Shown here: in pieces, positions 47,512-59,002 of the stretch
How positions within the stretch are numbered: the stretch's first letter is position 1
How the letters are laid out: each line of letters opens with the position of its first letter
From: Escherichia coli
GTDB lineage: Bacteria; Pseudomonadota; Gammaproteobacteria; Enterobacterales; Enterobacteriaceae
Assembly: GCF_050920415.1 (NCBI RefSeq)
Contig: NZ_CP169309.1
Length of the DNA: 64,000 nucleotides
Direction: 5' to 3' (one strand)
The notes under the pieces: model-generated
What the model saw: only the letters and a program-made list of their open reading frames with translations
The model's database searches: none
What the model was told of the DNA's origin: nothing
Program-made: the position numbers and the translations under genes

Positions 47512-48171
47512 TTACAGCGGGCTTAAGGTAATTTCTACACGGCGGTTTTGCGCCTTACCTTCTGCGGTGCTGTTGCTGGCGATTGGGTTAGCCGGGCCAA
47601 GGCCCTGAGTACGGATGCGGCTGGCGTCCACGCCCTGGGTGATCAACGCGCTGGCAACAGAATCCGCACGCTGCTGGGAGAGACGCATGTTCAGGTCGTG
47701 ACCACCCGTGCTGTCGGTATAACCAATCACGTTAACCGCCGTTTTCGGATACTCTTTCAGCACCATTGCCACGCCGGTTAGGGTGTTAGCGCCTGCCGGT
47801 TTCAGGGTCGCGCTGCTGCTGTCGAAGGTTACATTGTTCGGCATATTGAGGATAATGTTATCCCCGCTGCGGGTTACGCTAACACCAGTGCCGCGCATTT
47901 TGTCACGTAGCTTCGCTTCCTGCACATCCATGTAATAACCAACGCCGCCGCCCAGAGCTGCACCCGCTGCTGCGCCAATCAGCGCGCCTTTACCGCGATC
48001 TTTCTTCGAAGAAGAGAGCGCACCAATACCCGCGCCAACGAGAGAGCCCAGACCTGCACCGATAGCAGATTTACCTGCTTCGCGTTCACCTGTGTAAGGG
48101 TTAGTGGTGCAGCCAGATACCGCCAGAGCGCCACTCACTACGGCGGCAATAAGATAAACACGTTTCTTCAT
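47512..48171 (-). CDS. yiaD: OmpA-family peptidoglycan-binding lipoprotein
   Basis: 219-aa ORF with lipobox (VSGC), Gly-rich linker and OmpA C-terminal domain. Confidence 0.85.
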   Translation of the reverse strand: MKKRVYLIAAVVSGALAVSGCTTNPYTGEREAGKSAIGAGLGSLVGAGIGALSSSKKDRGKGALIGAAAGAALGGGVGYYMDVQEAKLRDKMRGTGVSVTRSGDNIILNMPNNVTFDSSSATLKPAGANTLTGVAMVLKEYPKTAVNVIGYTDSTGGHDLNMRLSQQRADSVASALITQGVDASRIRTQGLGPANPIASNSTAEGKAQNRRVEITLSPL

Positions 48172-48323
48172 TGTTAATCCTTAATAACCTTTTTATTCTT
48201 TGCCACGGGTTCCGTGGCGGGAGATTATGCCGCGTGAACATGAAGATTATTCCTGGGAATACTCGGAAATTTGTAAGTAATATTTAACTGCTCAATACAT
48301 CTAATCTTTCAGGAGCCTTCGGT

Positions 48324-50657
48324 TTGGCCAACTCATCCTCACGTTATTCTGTTCTTACTGCCGCTCACTGGGGGCCCATGCTGGTTGAAACCGACGGCGA
48401 AACCGTGTTTAGCTCGCGTGGCGCGTTAGTCACAGAAATGAAAAACTCCTTGCAGAGTGCGGTTCGCGACCAGGTTCACAGCAAAACACGGGTACGATTT
48501 CCAATGGTGCGCAAGGGCTTTCTCGCGTCACCGGAAAACCCGCAAGGCATTCGTGGGCAGGATGAATTTGTTCGCGTGAGTTGGGATGAGGCGCTGGATC
48601 TCATCCATCATCAACATAAACGCATTCGTGAGGCTTATGGTCCGGCATCGATTTTTGCTGGTTCCTACGGCTGGCGTTCAAACGGCGTGCTGCATAAGGC
48701 CTCGACATTATTACAACGCTATATGGCGCTGGCAGGCGGTTATACCGGGCATCTGGGGGATTATTCGACCGGTGCAGCACAGGCGATCATGCCGTATGTC
48801 GTGGGGGGCAGCGAAGTTTATCAACAGCAAACCAGTTGGCCGTTGGTATTGGAACATAGCGATGTCGTGGTGCTATGGAGTGCTAACCCACTCAATACGC
48901 TGAAAATTGCGTGGAATGCATCCGATGAGCAGGGGCTTTCTTACTTTTCCGCACTGCGTGACAGCGGGAAAAAGCTGATCTGCATTGATCCAATGCGATC
49001 GGAAACCGTCGATTTCTTTGGCGATAAAATGGAGTGGGTGGCACCGCACATGGGCACCGATGTTGCGCTGATGCTGGGGATCGCCCATACGCTGGTGGAA
49101 AATGGCTGGCACGACGAAGCGTTTCTGGCGCGTTGCACCACAGGTTATGACGTCTTCGCCTCTTATTTGCTGGGCGAGAGTGACGGAATAGCGAAAAATG
49201 CCGAATGGGCGGCAGAGATTTGTGGGATTAACGCAGAGAAAATCCGCGAACTGGCGGCTATTTTTCATCAAAATACCACCATGCTGATGGCTGGCTGGGG
49301 AATGCAGCGCCAGCAGTTTGGTGAGCAAAAACACTGGATGATCGTCACCCTGGCAGCAATGTTAGGGCAAATCGGCACGCCTGGCGGGGGCTTTGGTCTT
49401 TCTTACCATTTTGCCAATGGTGGTAACCCTACGCGCCGCGCTGCGGTGCTTTCATCTATGCATGGCAGCTTGCCAGGTGGCACCGATGCGGTAGATAAAA
49501 TCCCTGTAGCCCGTATTGTTGAAGCTCTGGAAAACCCTGGCGGTGCATACCAACACAATGGCATGAACCGTCACTTCCCGGATATTCGTTTTATCTGGTG
49601 GGCGGGCGGCGCCAACTTTACTCATCATCAGGATACCAATCGTCTGATTCGTGCCTGGCAAAAACCGGAGCTGGTGGTGATCTCCGAATGCTTCTGGACG
49701 GCAGCGGCGAAACACGCCGATATCGTCCTCCCTGCAACCACCTCGTTTGAGCGTAATGACCTCACCATGACCGGCGATTACAGTAATCAGCATCTGGTGC
49801 CGATGAAGCAAGTGGTGCCTCCACGTTATGAAGCGCGTAATGATTTTGATGTCTTTGCCGAGTTGAGTGAACGTTGGGAGAAGGGCGGCTGTGCGCGGTT
49901 TACGGAAGGAAAAAGTGAGCTGCAATGGCTGGAAACGTTTTATAACGTTGCACGGCAGCGCGGGGCAAGCCAGCAGGTTGAATTGCCGCCATTTGCTGAG
50001 TTCTGGGAAGCCAACCAGTTAATTGAGATGCCGGAAAACCCGGACAGCGAGCGGTTTATTCGCTTCGCCGATTTTCGCCGCGATCCGCAGGCGCATCCAT
50101 TAAAAACCGCCAGCGGCAAGATTGAAATCTTCTCGCAGCGTATTGCCGATTACGCTTATCCGGATTGCCCTGGGCATCCAATGTGGCTGGAGCCGGACGA
50201 ATGGCAGGGCAATGCCGAACCGGAACAGTTGCAGGTACTTTCTGCTCATCCGGCACATCGTCTGCACAGCCAGCTGAATTACAGTTCTCTGCGCGAATTG
50301 TACGCGGTGGCAAATCGTGAGCCTGTCACCATTCATCCTGACGATGCCCAGGCGCGCGGCATACAAGATGGCGATATTGTTCGGTTGTGGAACGCACGCG
50401 GGCAAATTCTTGCCGGAGCGGTCATTAGTGAGGGAATTAAACCTGGCGTGATTTGCATTCATGAAGGGGCATGGCCGGATCTGGATTTAACCGCTGACGG
50501 TATTTGTAAAAACGGCGCGGTGAACGTTCTGACCAAAGATCTCCCCAGCTCGCGGCTGGGGAATGGCTGTGCGGGTAATACGGCGCTGGCATGGCTGGAA
50601 AAATACAACGGTCCGGAACTGACACTTACAGCGTTTGAACCACCGGCCAGCTCATAA
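48324..50657 (+). CDS. bisC: Biotin sulfoxide reductase (molybdopterin oxidoreductase)
   Basis: 777-aa DMSO-reductase-family enzyme; synteny. Confidence 0.9.
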   Translation: MANSSSRYSVLTAAHWGPMLVETDGETVFSSRGALVTEMKNSLQSAVRDQVHSKTRVRFPMVRKGFLASPENPQGIRGQDEFVRVSWDEALDLIHHQHKRIREAYGPASIFAGSYGWRSNGVLHKASTLLQRYMALAGGYTGHLGDYSTGAAQAIMPYVVGGSEVYQQQTSWPLVLEHSDVVVLWSANPLNTLKIAWNASDEQGLSYFSALRDSGKKLICIDPMRSETVDFFGDKMEWVAPHMGTDVALMLGIAHTLVENGWHDEAFLARCTTGYDVFASYLLGESDGIAKNAEWAAEICGINAEKIRELAAIFHQNTTMLMAGWGMQRQQFGEQKHWMIVTLAAMLGQIGTPGGGFGLSYHFANGGNPTRRAAVLSSMHGSLPGGTDAVDKIPVARIVEALENPGGAYQHNGMNRHFPDIRFIWWAGGANFTHHQDTNRLIRAWQKPELVVISECFWTAAAKHADIVLPATTSFERNDLTMTGDYSNQHLVPMKQVVPPRYEARNDFDVFAELSERWEKGGCARFTEGKSELQWLETFYNVARQRGASQQVELPPFAEFWEANQLIEMPENPDSERFIRFADFRRDPQAHPLKTASGKIEIFSQRIADYAYPDCPGHPMWLEPDEWQGNAEPEQLQVLSAHPAHRLHSQLNYSSLRELYAVANREPVTIHPDDAQARGIQDGDIVRLWNARGQILAGAVISEGIKPGVICIHEGAWPDLDLTADGICKNGAVNVLTKDLPSSRLGNGCAGNTALAWLEKYNGPELTLTAFEPPASS

Positions 50658-51066
50658 TCCAGGTGGGTAGTTGGGTTTCATCCTGCCATGCGCAGTCGAC
50701 AATGTGAAAACCCTGCGCATGGTAAAAATCTATCGCCGGTTGATTTTTTTGATAAACCTCCAGCATCAGATGGGGATGGCGCTGCTGCACATACTGCATT
50801 AGCGCCTTACCAATACCGCGTCTGACGGCCTTCGGTGCGACAAACATTGCAGCCAGAAATCGGCCTTCCATAATGCTGACAAAACCGAGAAGCTTACCGT
50901 CTTCTTCCCAGACCCAGTTTTGCGCGTTGGCAAGATAGGCATCCCGCACCAGCGGAATGCAATCACGCCAGTAATTCGCTTTTATAAAGGGATGCCCCCA
51001 GGTTGTACTTTCCAGCCACAATTCGAGGATCGCGGGGAGTTCTGAACGTTGCGCTTCCCGAATCAT
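50626..51066 (-). CDS. yiaC: GNAT-family N-acetyltransferase
   Basis: 146-aa GNAT fold; overlaps tag stop by 4 nt. Confidence 0.8.
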   Translation of the reverse strand: MIREAQRSELPAILELWLESTTWGHPFIKANYWRDCIPLVRDAYLANAQNWVWEEDGKLLGFVSIMEGRFLAAMFVAPKAVRRGIGKALMQYVQQRHPHLMLEVYQKNQPAIDFYHAQGFHIVDCAWQDETQLPTWIMSWPVVQTL

Positions 51067-51626
51067 GGTTTATTTCCCGGATAGCAACAGCAGCCAACCA
51101 CATGATCATTCACCAGCCCACATGCCTGCATAAAGGAGTAACAGATTGTGGTACCAACAAACTTAAAACCACGCTTTTTCAGGGCTTTAGATAGAGCGTC
51201 GGAGGCGGGCGTAGATGTAGGGATTTCGCTCAACGTTGTGGCTTGTGTCACCTGTGGTTGATGATTGACAAACGACCAAACAAAGTCGGCAAACGGTTCG
51301 CCGTTCTGTTCCATTTGCAGGTACGCCCGCGCATTACCAATAATTGCCTGAATTTTCCCGCGATGGCGGATAATCCCGGCGTCCTGTACCAGTCTTTCGA
51401 CGTCCTCTTCCTGCATTGCTGCGACTTTCATCGGATCGAACTGATGAAAGCAGGCGCGATAGTTTTCGCGTTTTTTGAGGACGGTGATCCACGATAACCC
51501 TGCTTGTTGCCCTTCAAGGCAGATCATTTCGAACAGTTTTTTACTGTCAGTTTCAGGCACGCCCCACTCATTATCATGGTAGGCAATATAAAGCGGGTCC
51601 TGACTCACCCAGCCGCAACGTTCCAT
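51063..51626 (-). CDS. tag: DNA-3-methyladenine glycosylase I
   Basis: 187-aa product from MERCGWVSQDPLYIAYHDNEWG; tool ORF has a long upstream in-frame extension. Confidence 0.9.
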   Translation of the reverse strand: MERCGWVSQDPLYIAYHDNEWGVPETDSKKLFEMICLEGQQAGLSWITVLKKRENYRACFHQFDPMKVAAMQEEDVERLVQDAGIIRHRGKIQAIIGNARAYLQMEQNGEPFADFVWSFVNHQPQVTQATTLSEIPTSTPASDALSKALKKRGFKFVGTTICYSFMQACGLVNDHVVGCCCYPGNKP

Positions 51627-51777
51627 ACTTTCCCTCGCTATGTACCCGATCGTAAAAATTTCAGCCGCTTTTCTTGACGCATCGGTGAAAAAGTCAATAT
51701 TTAATACAGGGCTACTATGCCCGATATCCTTCATACAATGACAATAATATTGCCGAATTCGGCTCTTCCCTGGAGTC

Positions 51778-52482
51778 GTGTTAATGATCATAAAAAAAAG
51801 CGGTGGTCGCTGGCAGTTAAGCCTGCTGGCGAGCGTGGTAATCAGTGCCTTTTTTCTCAACACAGCTTACGCCTGGCAACAAGAATATATCGTTGATACG
51901 CAACCCGGACATTCCACAGAGCGCTACACCTGGGATAGCGATCATCAACCTGATTACAACGATATTCTGTCGCAACGTATTCAAAGTAGCCAAAGGGCGC
52001 AGGGACTGGAAGTCAATCTGGCGGAAGAAACCCCTGTGGATGTGACCAGCAGTATGAGTATGGGCTGGAATTTTCCTTTATATGAACAGGTTACAACCGG
52101 CCCGGTCGCGGCATTACATTACGATGGTACAACCACCTCGATGTATAACGAGTTTGGCGACAGTACTACTACACTGACTGATCCGTTATGGCATGCCAGC
52201 GTGAGTACCTTAGGCTGGCGTGTTGACTCCCGGCTTGGCGATCTCCGACCCTGGGCGCAAATCAGCTATAACCAGCAATTTGGCGAGAATATCTGGAAGG
52301 CGCAATCAGGCTTAAGCCGGATGACGGCGACAAACCAGAACGGCAACTGGCTGGATGTCACGGTAGGTGCTGATATGTTGCTCAATCAAAATATTGCCGC
52401 CTACGCTGCGTTATCTCAGGCAGAAAATACCACGAACAATAATGACTATCTGTATACGATGGGGGTTAGTGCCAGATTTTAA
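51778..52482 (+). CDS. yhjY: Autotransporter beta-domain-like outer membrane protein
   Basis: About 232-234-aa ORF with signal peptide and C-terminal beta-barrel ending in F; synteny. Confidence 0.75.
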   Translation: MLMIIKKSGGRWQLSLLASVVISAFFLNTAYAWQQEYIVDTQPGHSTERYTWDSDHQPDYNDILSQRIQSSQRAQGLEVNLAEETPVDVTSSMSMGWNFPLYEQVTTGPVAALHYDGTTTSMYNEFGDSTTTLTDPLWHASVSTLGWRVDSRLGDLRPWAQISYNQQFGENIWKAQSGLSRMTATNQNGNWLDVTVGADMLLNQNIAAYAALSQAENTTNNNDYLYTMGVSARF

Positions 52483-52710
52483 CGTTATAGATACAATTGA
52501 AACCCATAAATAACAACTAATGTGGCGATAGTGGGGACTAACTTACTAAATAATAAATTTGGTGAATAATTGTCGAGTCATTCATTCCTGAACTAATGCA
52601 TTTCATTCCGTTCTGATGGCATTTCATGCCGTTTTTCCCCAGGCATAAAGTGCACTTCGTTATGGTTGTCGGCAGAGATTTTTCCTTTTTATTACTGCAG
52701 GAATACTGCC

Positions 52711-53919
52711 ATGACACCTTCAAATTATCAGCGTACTCGCTGGCTGACACTCATCGGTACTATCATTACCCAGTTTGCCCTGGGGTCGGTTTATACCTGG
52801 AGTCTGTTTAACGGCGCGCTTTCTGCCAAGCTGGGGGCTCCGGTAAGCCAGGTTGCTTTCTCTTTCGGCTTGTTAAGTCTGGGGCTGGCAATTTCGTCTT
52901 CTGTTGCGGGCAAATTGCAAGAACGTTTTGGTGTTAAACGCGTCACTATGGCTTCCGGCATTTTGCTGGGATTAGGTTTCTTCCTGACAGCACATTCCAA
53001 CAACCTGATGATGCTGTGGTTAAGCGCCGGTGTGTTGGTTGGTCTGGCGGATGGTGCGGGCTACCTGCTGACGCTCTCAAACTGCGTGAAGTGGTTCCCG
53101 GAGCGTAAGGGACTCATCTCTGCTTTCGCTATTGGTTCTTATGGACTTGGTAGTCTGGGTTTCAAATTTATCGATACGCAACTGTTGGAAACGGTCGGTC
53201 TGGAAAAAACCTTTGTTATTTGGGGCGCGATTGTACTGGTGATGATTGTCTTTGGCGCAACATTAATGAAAGATGCGCCGAAGCAGGAAGTGAAAACCAG
53301 CAATGGTGTGGTGGAGAAGGATTACACGCTGGCAGAGTCGATGCGTAAACCGCAGTACTGGATGTTAGCAGTTATGTTCCTGACCGCCTGCATGAGTGGC
53401 CTGTATGTGATTGGCGTGGCGAAAGATATCGCTCAAAGTCTGGCGCATCTTGATGCAATTTCCGCAGCCAATGCTGTGACGGTTATTTCCATCGCCAACC
53501 TTTCTGGTCGTCTGGTGCTGGGCATTCTGTCTGACAAAATCGCCCGTATCCGTGTTATCACCATTGGTCAGGTCATTTCGCTGGTGGGCATGGCGGCCCT
53601 GCTGTTTGCACCATTGAATGCAGTGACGTTCTTTGCAGCGATTGCCTGCGTGGCATTTAACTTCGGCGGCACTATCACGGTGTTCCCGTCACTGGTCAGT
53701 GAGTTCTTCGGCCTAAATAATCTGGCAAAAAACTACGGTGTGATTTACCTCGGTTTCGGTATCGGCAGCATTTGTGGTTCGATTATCGCTTCACTGTTTG
53801 GCGGATTCTATGTGACTTTCTACGTGATTTTCGCCCTGCTGATTCTGTCACTGGCGCTTTCTACGACGATTCGCCAGCCAGAGCAGAAAATGTTGCGTGA
53901 GGCGCATGGCTCCCTTTAA
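52711..53919 (+). CDS. yhjX: MFS transporter (oxalate/formate antiporter-like)
   Basis: 402-aa product from MTPSNYQRTRW; 12-TM MFS fold. Confidence 0.85.
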   Translation: MTPSNYQRTRWLTLIGTIITQFALGSVYTWSLFNGALSAKLGAPVSQVAFSFGLLSLGLAISSSVAGKLQERFGVKRVTMASGILLGLGFFLTAHSNNLMMLWLSAGVLVGLADGAGYLLTLSNCVKWFPERKGLISAFAIGSYGLGSLGFKFIDTQLLETVGLEKTFVIWGAIVLVMIVFGATLMKDAPKQEVKTSNGVVEKDYTLAESMRKPQYWMLAVMFLTACMSGLYVIGVAKDIAQSLAHLDAISAANAVTVISIANLSGRLVLGILSDKIARIRVITIGQVISLVGMAALLFAPLNAVTFFAAIACVAFNFGGTITVFPSLVSEFFGLNNLAKNYGVIYLGFGIGSICGSIIASLFGGFYVTFYVIFALLILSLALSTTIRQPEQKMLREAHGSL

Positions 53920-54242
53920 TGACCTGCCGCGAGCTACTGGGCTTTAGCCTTAGTGTGAATCAAACGCTTCAACGCAATGTATAAACAATGACGCGTAAAA
54001 TTTGGGCCAGTGAACTGGCCCTTTTTACTGCTTTTTGTAACGCTAAAGTCTCTTTTCAAACTTGCATTTTTGTAAATTTGTGCTTCATGCACACTCTTTC
54101 CCCACACTTTTTCCCTTTGCTGTGGTCTACTTATTCGCGCGTGTAGATTTTACTTATCTGACTACCTCCGCACTTTTCCCCTGCCGGGCCTGAAAAGCCA
54201 CTAAGCAGGGTGTTATCACCTGTTTGTCCAGGGTTTGTTTGC

Positions 54243-55934
54243 ATGAGATACATCAAATCGATTACACAGCAGAAGCTGAGCTTTTTGCTTGCAATCTATA
54301 TTGGCCTTTTTATGAATGGCGCGGTTTTTTACCGCCGCTTCGGCAGCTATGCGCACGATTTTACCGTCTGGAAAGGCGTTTCTGCTGTTGTTGAACTGGT
54401 CGCTACCGTACTGGTGACCTTCTTTTTACTGCGTCTGCTTTCGCTGTTTGGCCGCCGCAGCTGGCGAATTCTGGCATCGCTGGTGGTGCTCTTTTCTGCA
54501 GGTGCCAGCTATTACATGACTTTCCTTAATGTGGTCATTGGTTATGGCATCATCGCATCCGTCATGACCACCGATATCGATCTGTCAAAAGAAGTTGTTG
54601 GTCTGAACTTTATTCTCTGGTTAATCGCCGTAAGCGCATTACCTCTTATCCTTATCTGGAATAACCGCTGTCGCTACACCTTGCTCCGACAACTGCGAAC
54701 CCCAGGGCAACGTATTCGGAGTCTGGCGGTCGTCGTACTGGCAGGTATTATGGTTTGGGCACCGATTCGTTTGCTGGATATCCAGCAGAAGAAAGTGGAG
54801 AGGGCGACAGGTGTTGATTTGCCGAGTTATGGTGGCGTTGTCGCGAACTCTTATCTGCCATCAAACTGGCTTTCGGCGTTAGGTCTTTATGCCTGGGCGC
54901 GGGTCGATGAATCTTCCGATAACAATTCTCTCCTTAACCCTGCGAAGAAGTTTACGTACCAGGCTCCACAAAACGTTGATGATACATATGTCGTTTTCAT
55001 TATTGGTGAAACCACGCGCTGGGATCATATGGGCATTTTCGGCTATGAACGCAATACCACACCGAAACTGGCTCAGGAGAAAAATCTGGCGGCGTTTCGT
55101 GGCTATTCTTGTGACACGGCGACCAAACTTTCTCTGCGTTGCATGTTTGTGCGTCAGGGTGGAGCAGAAGATAATCCGCAGCGCACATTAAAAGAACAGA
55201 ACATTTTCGCGGTATTGAAGCAGTTAGGATTCAGTTCTGATCTCTACGCTATGCAAAGCGAAATGTGGTTCTACAGCAACACGATGGCAGACAACATTGC
55301 TTATCGTGAGCAGATTGGTGCGGAGCCACGTAACCGTGGCAAGCCGGTAGATGATATGTTGCTGGTAGACGAAATGCAGCAATCGCTGGGGCGCAACCCG
55401 GATGGCAAGCATCTGATCATTTTGCATACCAAAGGTTCGCACTTTAACTACACCCAGCGTTACCCGCGCAGCTTTGCGCAGTGGAAGCCGGAATGTATTG
55501 GTGTTGATAGCGGCTGTACCAAAGCGCAGATGATCAACTCCTATGACAACTCGGTGACCTATGTGGATCACTTTATCTCCAGCGTGATTGATCAGGTTCG
55601 CGATAAGAAAGCGATTGTGTTCTACGCAGCTGACCACGGTGAGTCAATTAACGAACGCGAGCACCTGCACGGCACACCGCGTGAACTGGCACCGCCGGAG
55701 CAGTTCCGCGTACCGATGATGGTCTGGATGTCGGATAAATATCTGGAAAATCCAGCCAACGCGCAGGCATTTGCGCAGTTGAAAAAAGAAGCTGATATGA
55801 AAGTGCCACGCCGTCACGTAGAGCTGTACGACACCATCATGGGTTGTCTTGGCTATACTTCACCGGACGGTGGTATTAACGAAAACAACAACTGGTGTCA
55901 CATCCCGCAGGCGAAAGAGGTCGTGGCTAACTAA
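54243..55934 (+). CDS. eptB: Kdo2-lipid A phosphoethanolamine transferase
   Basis: 563-aa product from MRYIKS; N-terminal TM region plus sulfatase-like domain. Confidence 0.85.
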   Translation: MRYIKSITQQKLSFLLAIYIGLFMNGAVFYRRFGSYAHDFTVWKGVSAVVELVATVLVTFFLLRLLSLFGRRSWRILASLVVLFSAGASYYMTFLNVVIGYGIIASVMTTDIDLSKEVVGLNFILWLIAVSALPLILIWNNRCRYTLLRQLRTPGQRIRSLAVVVLAGIMVWAPIRLLDIQQKKVERATGVDLPSYGGVVANSYLPSNWLSALGLYAWARVDESSDNNSLLNPAKKFTYQAPQNVDDTYVVFIIGETTRWDHMGIFGYERNTTPKLAQEKNLAAFRGYSCDTATKLSLRCMFVRQGGAEDNPQRTLKEQNIFAVLKQLGFSSDLYAMQSEMWFYSNTMADNIAYREQIGAEPRNRGKPVDDMLLVDEMQQSLGRNPDGKHLIILHTKGSHFNYTQRYPRSFAQWKPECIGVDSGCTKAQMINSYDNSVTYVDHFISSVIDQVRDKKAIVFYAADHGESINEREHLHGTPRELAPPEQFRVPMMVWMSDKYLENPANAQAFAQLKKEADMKVPRRHVELYDTIMGCLGYTSPDGGINENNNWCHIPQAKEVVAN

Positions 55935-56025
55935 GAGGCCTGCTGACTTTCTCGCCGATCAAAAGGCATTTTGCTATTAAGGGATTGACGAGGGCGTATC
56001 TGCGCAGTAAGATGCGCCCCGCATT

Positions 56026-56102
<77 letters not shown>

Positions 56103-56109
56103 AATTCGA

Positions 56110-56139
56110 AAAGCCTGCTCAGCGAGCAGGCTTTTTTGC
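56110..56139 (+). terminator. Rho-independent terminator after proK (aaaagcctgctc-agc-gagcaggctttttt)
   Basis: Perfect hairpin plus T-run. Confidence 0.65.
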
Positions 56140-56152
56140 ATTTGAAGCCCAT

Positions 56153-56270
56153 GAGGATGAGAACCTCCGGGGGCGGGGAGGTTCGACTCGAGCGAAGCGA
56201 GAGAACGTTGCGCCAGCAACGGCCCGCAGGGCGAGCCACGAAGTGGCGAGTAATCCTCTATCACCGACCA
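56153..56270 (+). repeat. tRNA-Pro 3'-end-containing repeat unit 1 (118 nt), ending in aatcctctatcaccgacca
   Basis: Contains a T-arm-like ggaggttcgactc, an insertion of about 60 nt, and then an exact copy of the last 19 nt of proK; followed by hairpin aaaaaccagcctacgggctggtttttt. Confidence 0.5.
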
Positions 56271-56320
56271 ATTTAGAAAAACCAGCCTACGGGCTGGTTT
56301 TTTGCTTTCTGCGGCCTGAA

Positions 56321-56424
56321 GAGGATGAGAACTTCCGGGGGCAGGGAGGTTCGACTCCAGCAAAGCGAGAGAACGTTGTGGCAGCAACGGCCCGCAGTGG
56401 CGAGTAATCCTCTGGCACCGACCA
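56321..56424 (+). repeat. tRNA-Pro 3'-end-containing repeat unit 2 (104 nt), ending in aatcctctggcaccgacca
   Basis: About 90% identical to unit 1 with a 14-nt internal deletion; ends in a 2-mismatch copy of the proK 3' end. Confidence 0.5.
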
Positions 56425-56433
56425 AATCTGAAC

Positions 56434-56515
56434 GTAGGCCTGATAAGACGCGTCAGCGCCGCATCAGGCAACGGCACCGCACTTATTGTCGGATGCGGCG
56501 TGAACGCCTTATCTG
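56434..56515. repeat. BIME (two REP units) downstream of the proK repeats
   Basis: gtaggcctgataagacgcgtcagcgccgcatcaggca ... cggatgcggcgtgaacgccttatc palindromes. Confidence 0.5.
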
Positions 56516-57055
56516 ACCGACACACCACATATTTCCCTGCCAAATTTGCGCCCCACATCTCACTATCCATTAACGGATTTGTGACAGAATCCATTGTCTT
56601 TTTTTATATTTGCTTAAATCTTTTTTTGCGTTACTTATGGCTGGCGCTGGTATTTTCCGCTGTGCGTTTTAGCGTTCATGGTATTAATCGCTCAGATATC
56701 CATCTTTTCCTCAGATTTTTTTCATTAAATGCATAAAACTTAATCACCAAATGTTGCTAAATATTAAGCTGATTGTTCTGGTTATGTTGGCGTAGCACAA
56801 ATTTCTCTGCTGCAAATAGCTGTTTGAAGTTTTTTTAATCTTTGTTTGTGGATTCTCACCGTTGGTGTAAATCCCGGTTGGCTGTATTGACGTTTTCACA
56901 TTCTGTTGACAGATTGTAGGTCACGAGGGGCATTTTATGGAGGATCCGCACTGTTACACTGATGTTAATTAGTACGGCATCCCCACCTCATAACGTTGAC
57001 CCGACCGGGTAAAAAACAAAAAAGGTCAGGCAGCGACAACCCACTGCAAAGGGTT

Positions 57056-57080
57056 AAAACAACAAACATCACAATTGGAG
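57056..57080 (+). promoter_or_regulatory. CA-rich element in the dppA 5' UTR just upstream of the RBS; matches the kind of site bound by GcvB sRNA
   Basis: aaaacaacaaacatcacaattggag immediately before the dppA ATG; by established knowledge GcvB pairs with CA-rich sites in dppA mRNA. Confidence 0.45.
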
Positions 57081-57087
57081 CAGAATA

Positions 57088-58695
57088 ATGCGTATTTCCT
57101 TGAAAAAGTCAGGGATGCTGAAGCTTGGTCTCAGCCTGGTGGCTATGACCGTCGCAGCAAGTGTTCAGGCTAAAACTCTGGTTTATTGCTCAGAAGGATC
57201 TCCTGAAGGGTTTAACCCGCAGCTGTTTACCTCCGGCACCACCTATGACGCCTCTTCCGTACCGCTTTATAACCGCCTGGTTGAATTTAAAATCGGCACC
57301 ACTGAAGTGATTCCGGGCCTCGCTGAAAAGTGGGAAGTCAGCGAAGACGGTAAAACCTATACCTTCCATCTGCGTAAAGGTGTGAAGTGGCATAACAACA
57401 AAGAATTCAAACCGACGCGCGAACTGAATGCCGATGACGTGGTGTTCTCGTTCGATCGTCAGAAAAACGCACAAAACCCGTACCATAAAGTTTCTGGCGG
57501 TAGCTACGAATACTTCGAAGGTATGGGCTTGCCGGAGCTGATCAGCGAAGTGAAAAAGGTGGACGACAACACCGTTCAGTTCGTGCTGACTCGCCCGGAA
57601 GCGCCGTTCCTTGCTGACCTGGCAATGGACTTCGCCTCTATTCTGTCAAAAGAATATGCTGACGCGATGATGAAAGCCGGTACGCCGGAAAAACTGGACC
57701 TTAACCCAATCGGCACCGGCCCGTTCCAGTTACAGCAGTATCAAAAAGATTCCCGTATCCGCTACAAAGCGTTTGATGGCTACTGGGGCACCAAACCACA
57801 GATCGATACGCTGGTCTTCTCTATTACCCCTGACGCTTCCGTGCGTTACGCTAAATTGCAGAAAAATGAATGCCAGGTGATGCCGTACCCGAACCCGGCA
57901 GACATCGCCCGCATGAAGCAGGATAAATCCATCAACCTGATGGAAATGCCGGGGCTGAACGTCGGCTATCTCTCGTATAACGTGCAGAAAAAACCACTGG
58001 ATGACGTGAAAGTTCGCCAGGCACTGACCTATGCGGTGAACAAAGACGCGATTATCAAAGCAGTGTATCAGGGCGCGGGCGTATCAGCGAAAAACCTGAT
58101 CCCGCCAACCATGTGGGGCTATAACGATGATGTTCAGGACTACACCTACGATCCTGAAAAAGCGAAAGCCTTGCTGAAAGAAGCGGGTCTGGAAAAAGGC
58201 TTCTCTATCGACCTGTGGGCAATGCCGGTACAACGTCCGTATAACCCGAACGCTCGTCGCATGGCAGAGATGATTCAGGCAGACTGGGCGAAAGTCGGCG
58301 TACAAGCGAAAATCGTTACCTACGAATGGGGTGAGTACCTCAAGCGTGCAAAAGATGGCGAGCACCAGACGGTAATGATGGGCTGGACTGGCGACAACGG
58401 GGATCCGGATAACTTCTTCGCTACCCTGTTCAGCTGCGCTGCCTCTGAACAAGGCTCCAACTACTCAAAATGGTGCTACAAACCGTTTGAAGATCTGATT
58501 CAACCGGCGCGTGCTACCGACGACCACAACAAGCGTGTTGAACTGTACAAACAAGCACAGGTCGTGATGCACGATCAGGCTCCGGCACTGATCATCGCTC
58601 ACTCCACCGTGTTTGAACCGGTACGCAAAGAAGTTAAAGGCTATGTGGTTGATCCATTAGGCAAACATCACTTCGAAAACGTCTCTATCGAATAA
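57088..58695 (+). CDS. dppA: Dipeptide ABC transporter periplasmic binding protein
   Basis: 535 aa with signal peptide; highly conserved. Confidence 0.95.
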   Translation: MRISLKKSGMLKLGLSLVAMTVAASVQAKTLVYCSEGSPEGFNPQLFTSGTTYDASSVPLYNRLVEFKIGTTEVIPGLAEKWEVSEDGKTYTFHLRKGVKWHNNKEFKPTRELNADDVVFSFDRQKNAQNPYHKVSGGSYEYFEGMGLPELISEVKKVDDNTVQFVLTRPEAPFLADLAMDFASILSKEYADAMMKAGTPEKLDLNPIGTGPFQLQQYQKDSRIRYKAFDGYWGTKPQIDTLVFSITPDASVRYAKLQKNECQVMPYPNPADIARMKQDKSINLMEMPGLNVGYLSYNVQKKPLDDVKVRQALTYAVNKDAIIKAVYQGAGVSAKNLIPPTMWGYNDDVQDYTYDPEKAKALLKEAGLEKGFSIDLWAMPVQRPYNPNARRMAEMIQADWAKVGVQAKIVTYEWGEYLKRAKDGEHQTVMMGWTGDNGDPDNFFATLFSCAASEQGSNYSKWCYKPFEDLIQPARATDDHNKRVELYKQAQVVMHDQAPALIIAHSTVFEPVRKEVKGYVVDPLGKHHFENVSIE

Positions 58696-58732
58696 TTAAA
58701 AGCCATACAAGGTTGATGGCAAACGCAAAACT

Positions 58733-58830
<98 letters not shown>

Positions 58831-59002
58831 ATGACCAAAGCGTACTTTGTCAACAATCTGCATACCCGGTGGTGCTGTGCCTTTAAGTGCAGCGCCATCC
58901 GGCAGCAATACTTAATTCCTTGTCCTATAAGGGCGGGAATTGATTTGTGAGCAATACAGACTCGCAGTTCCAGGCTGCGGGTCACTACAGAGAATCCGGG
59001 TT

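Noticed and set aside
56153-56424. Possible CRISPR array near proK
   Set aside because: Only two long units (104-118 nt) that are related along their whole length, with no short repeat / unique spacer periodicity and no cas genes. Not CRISPR.
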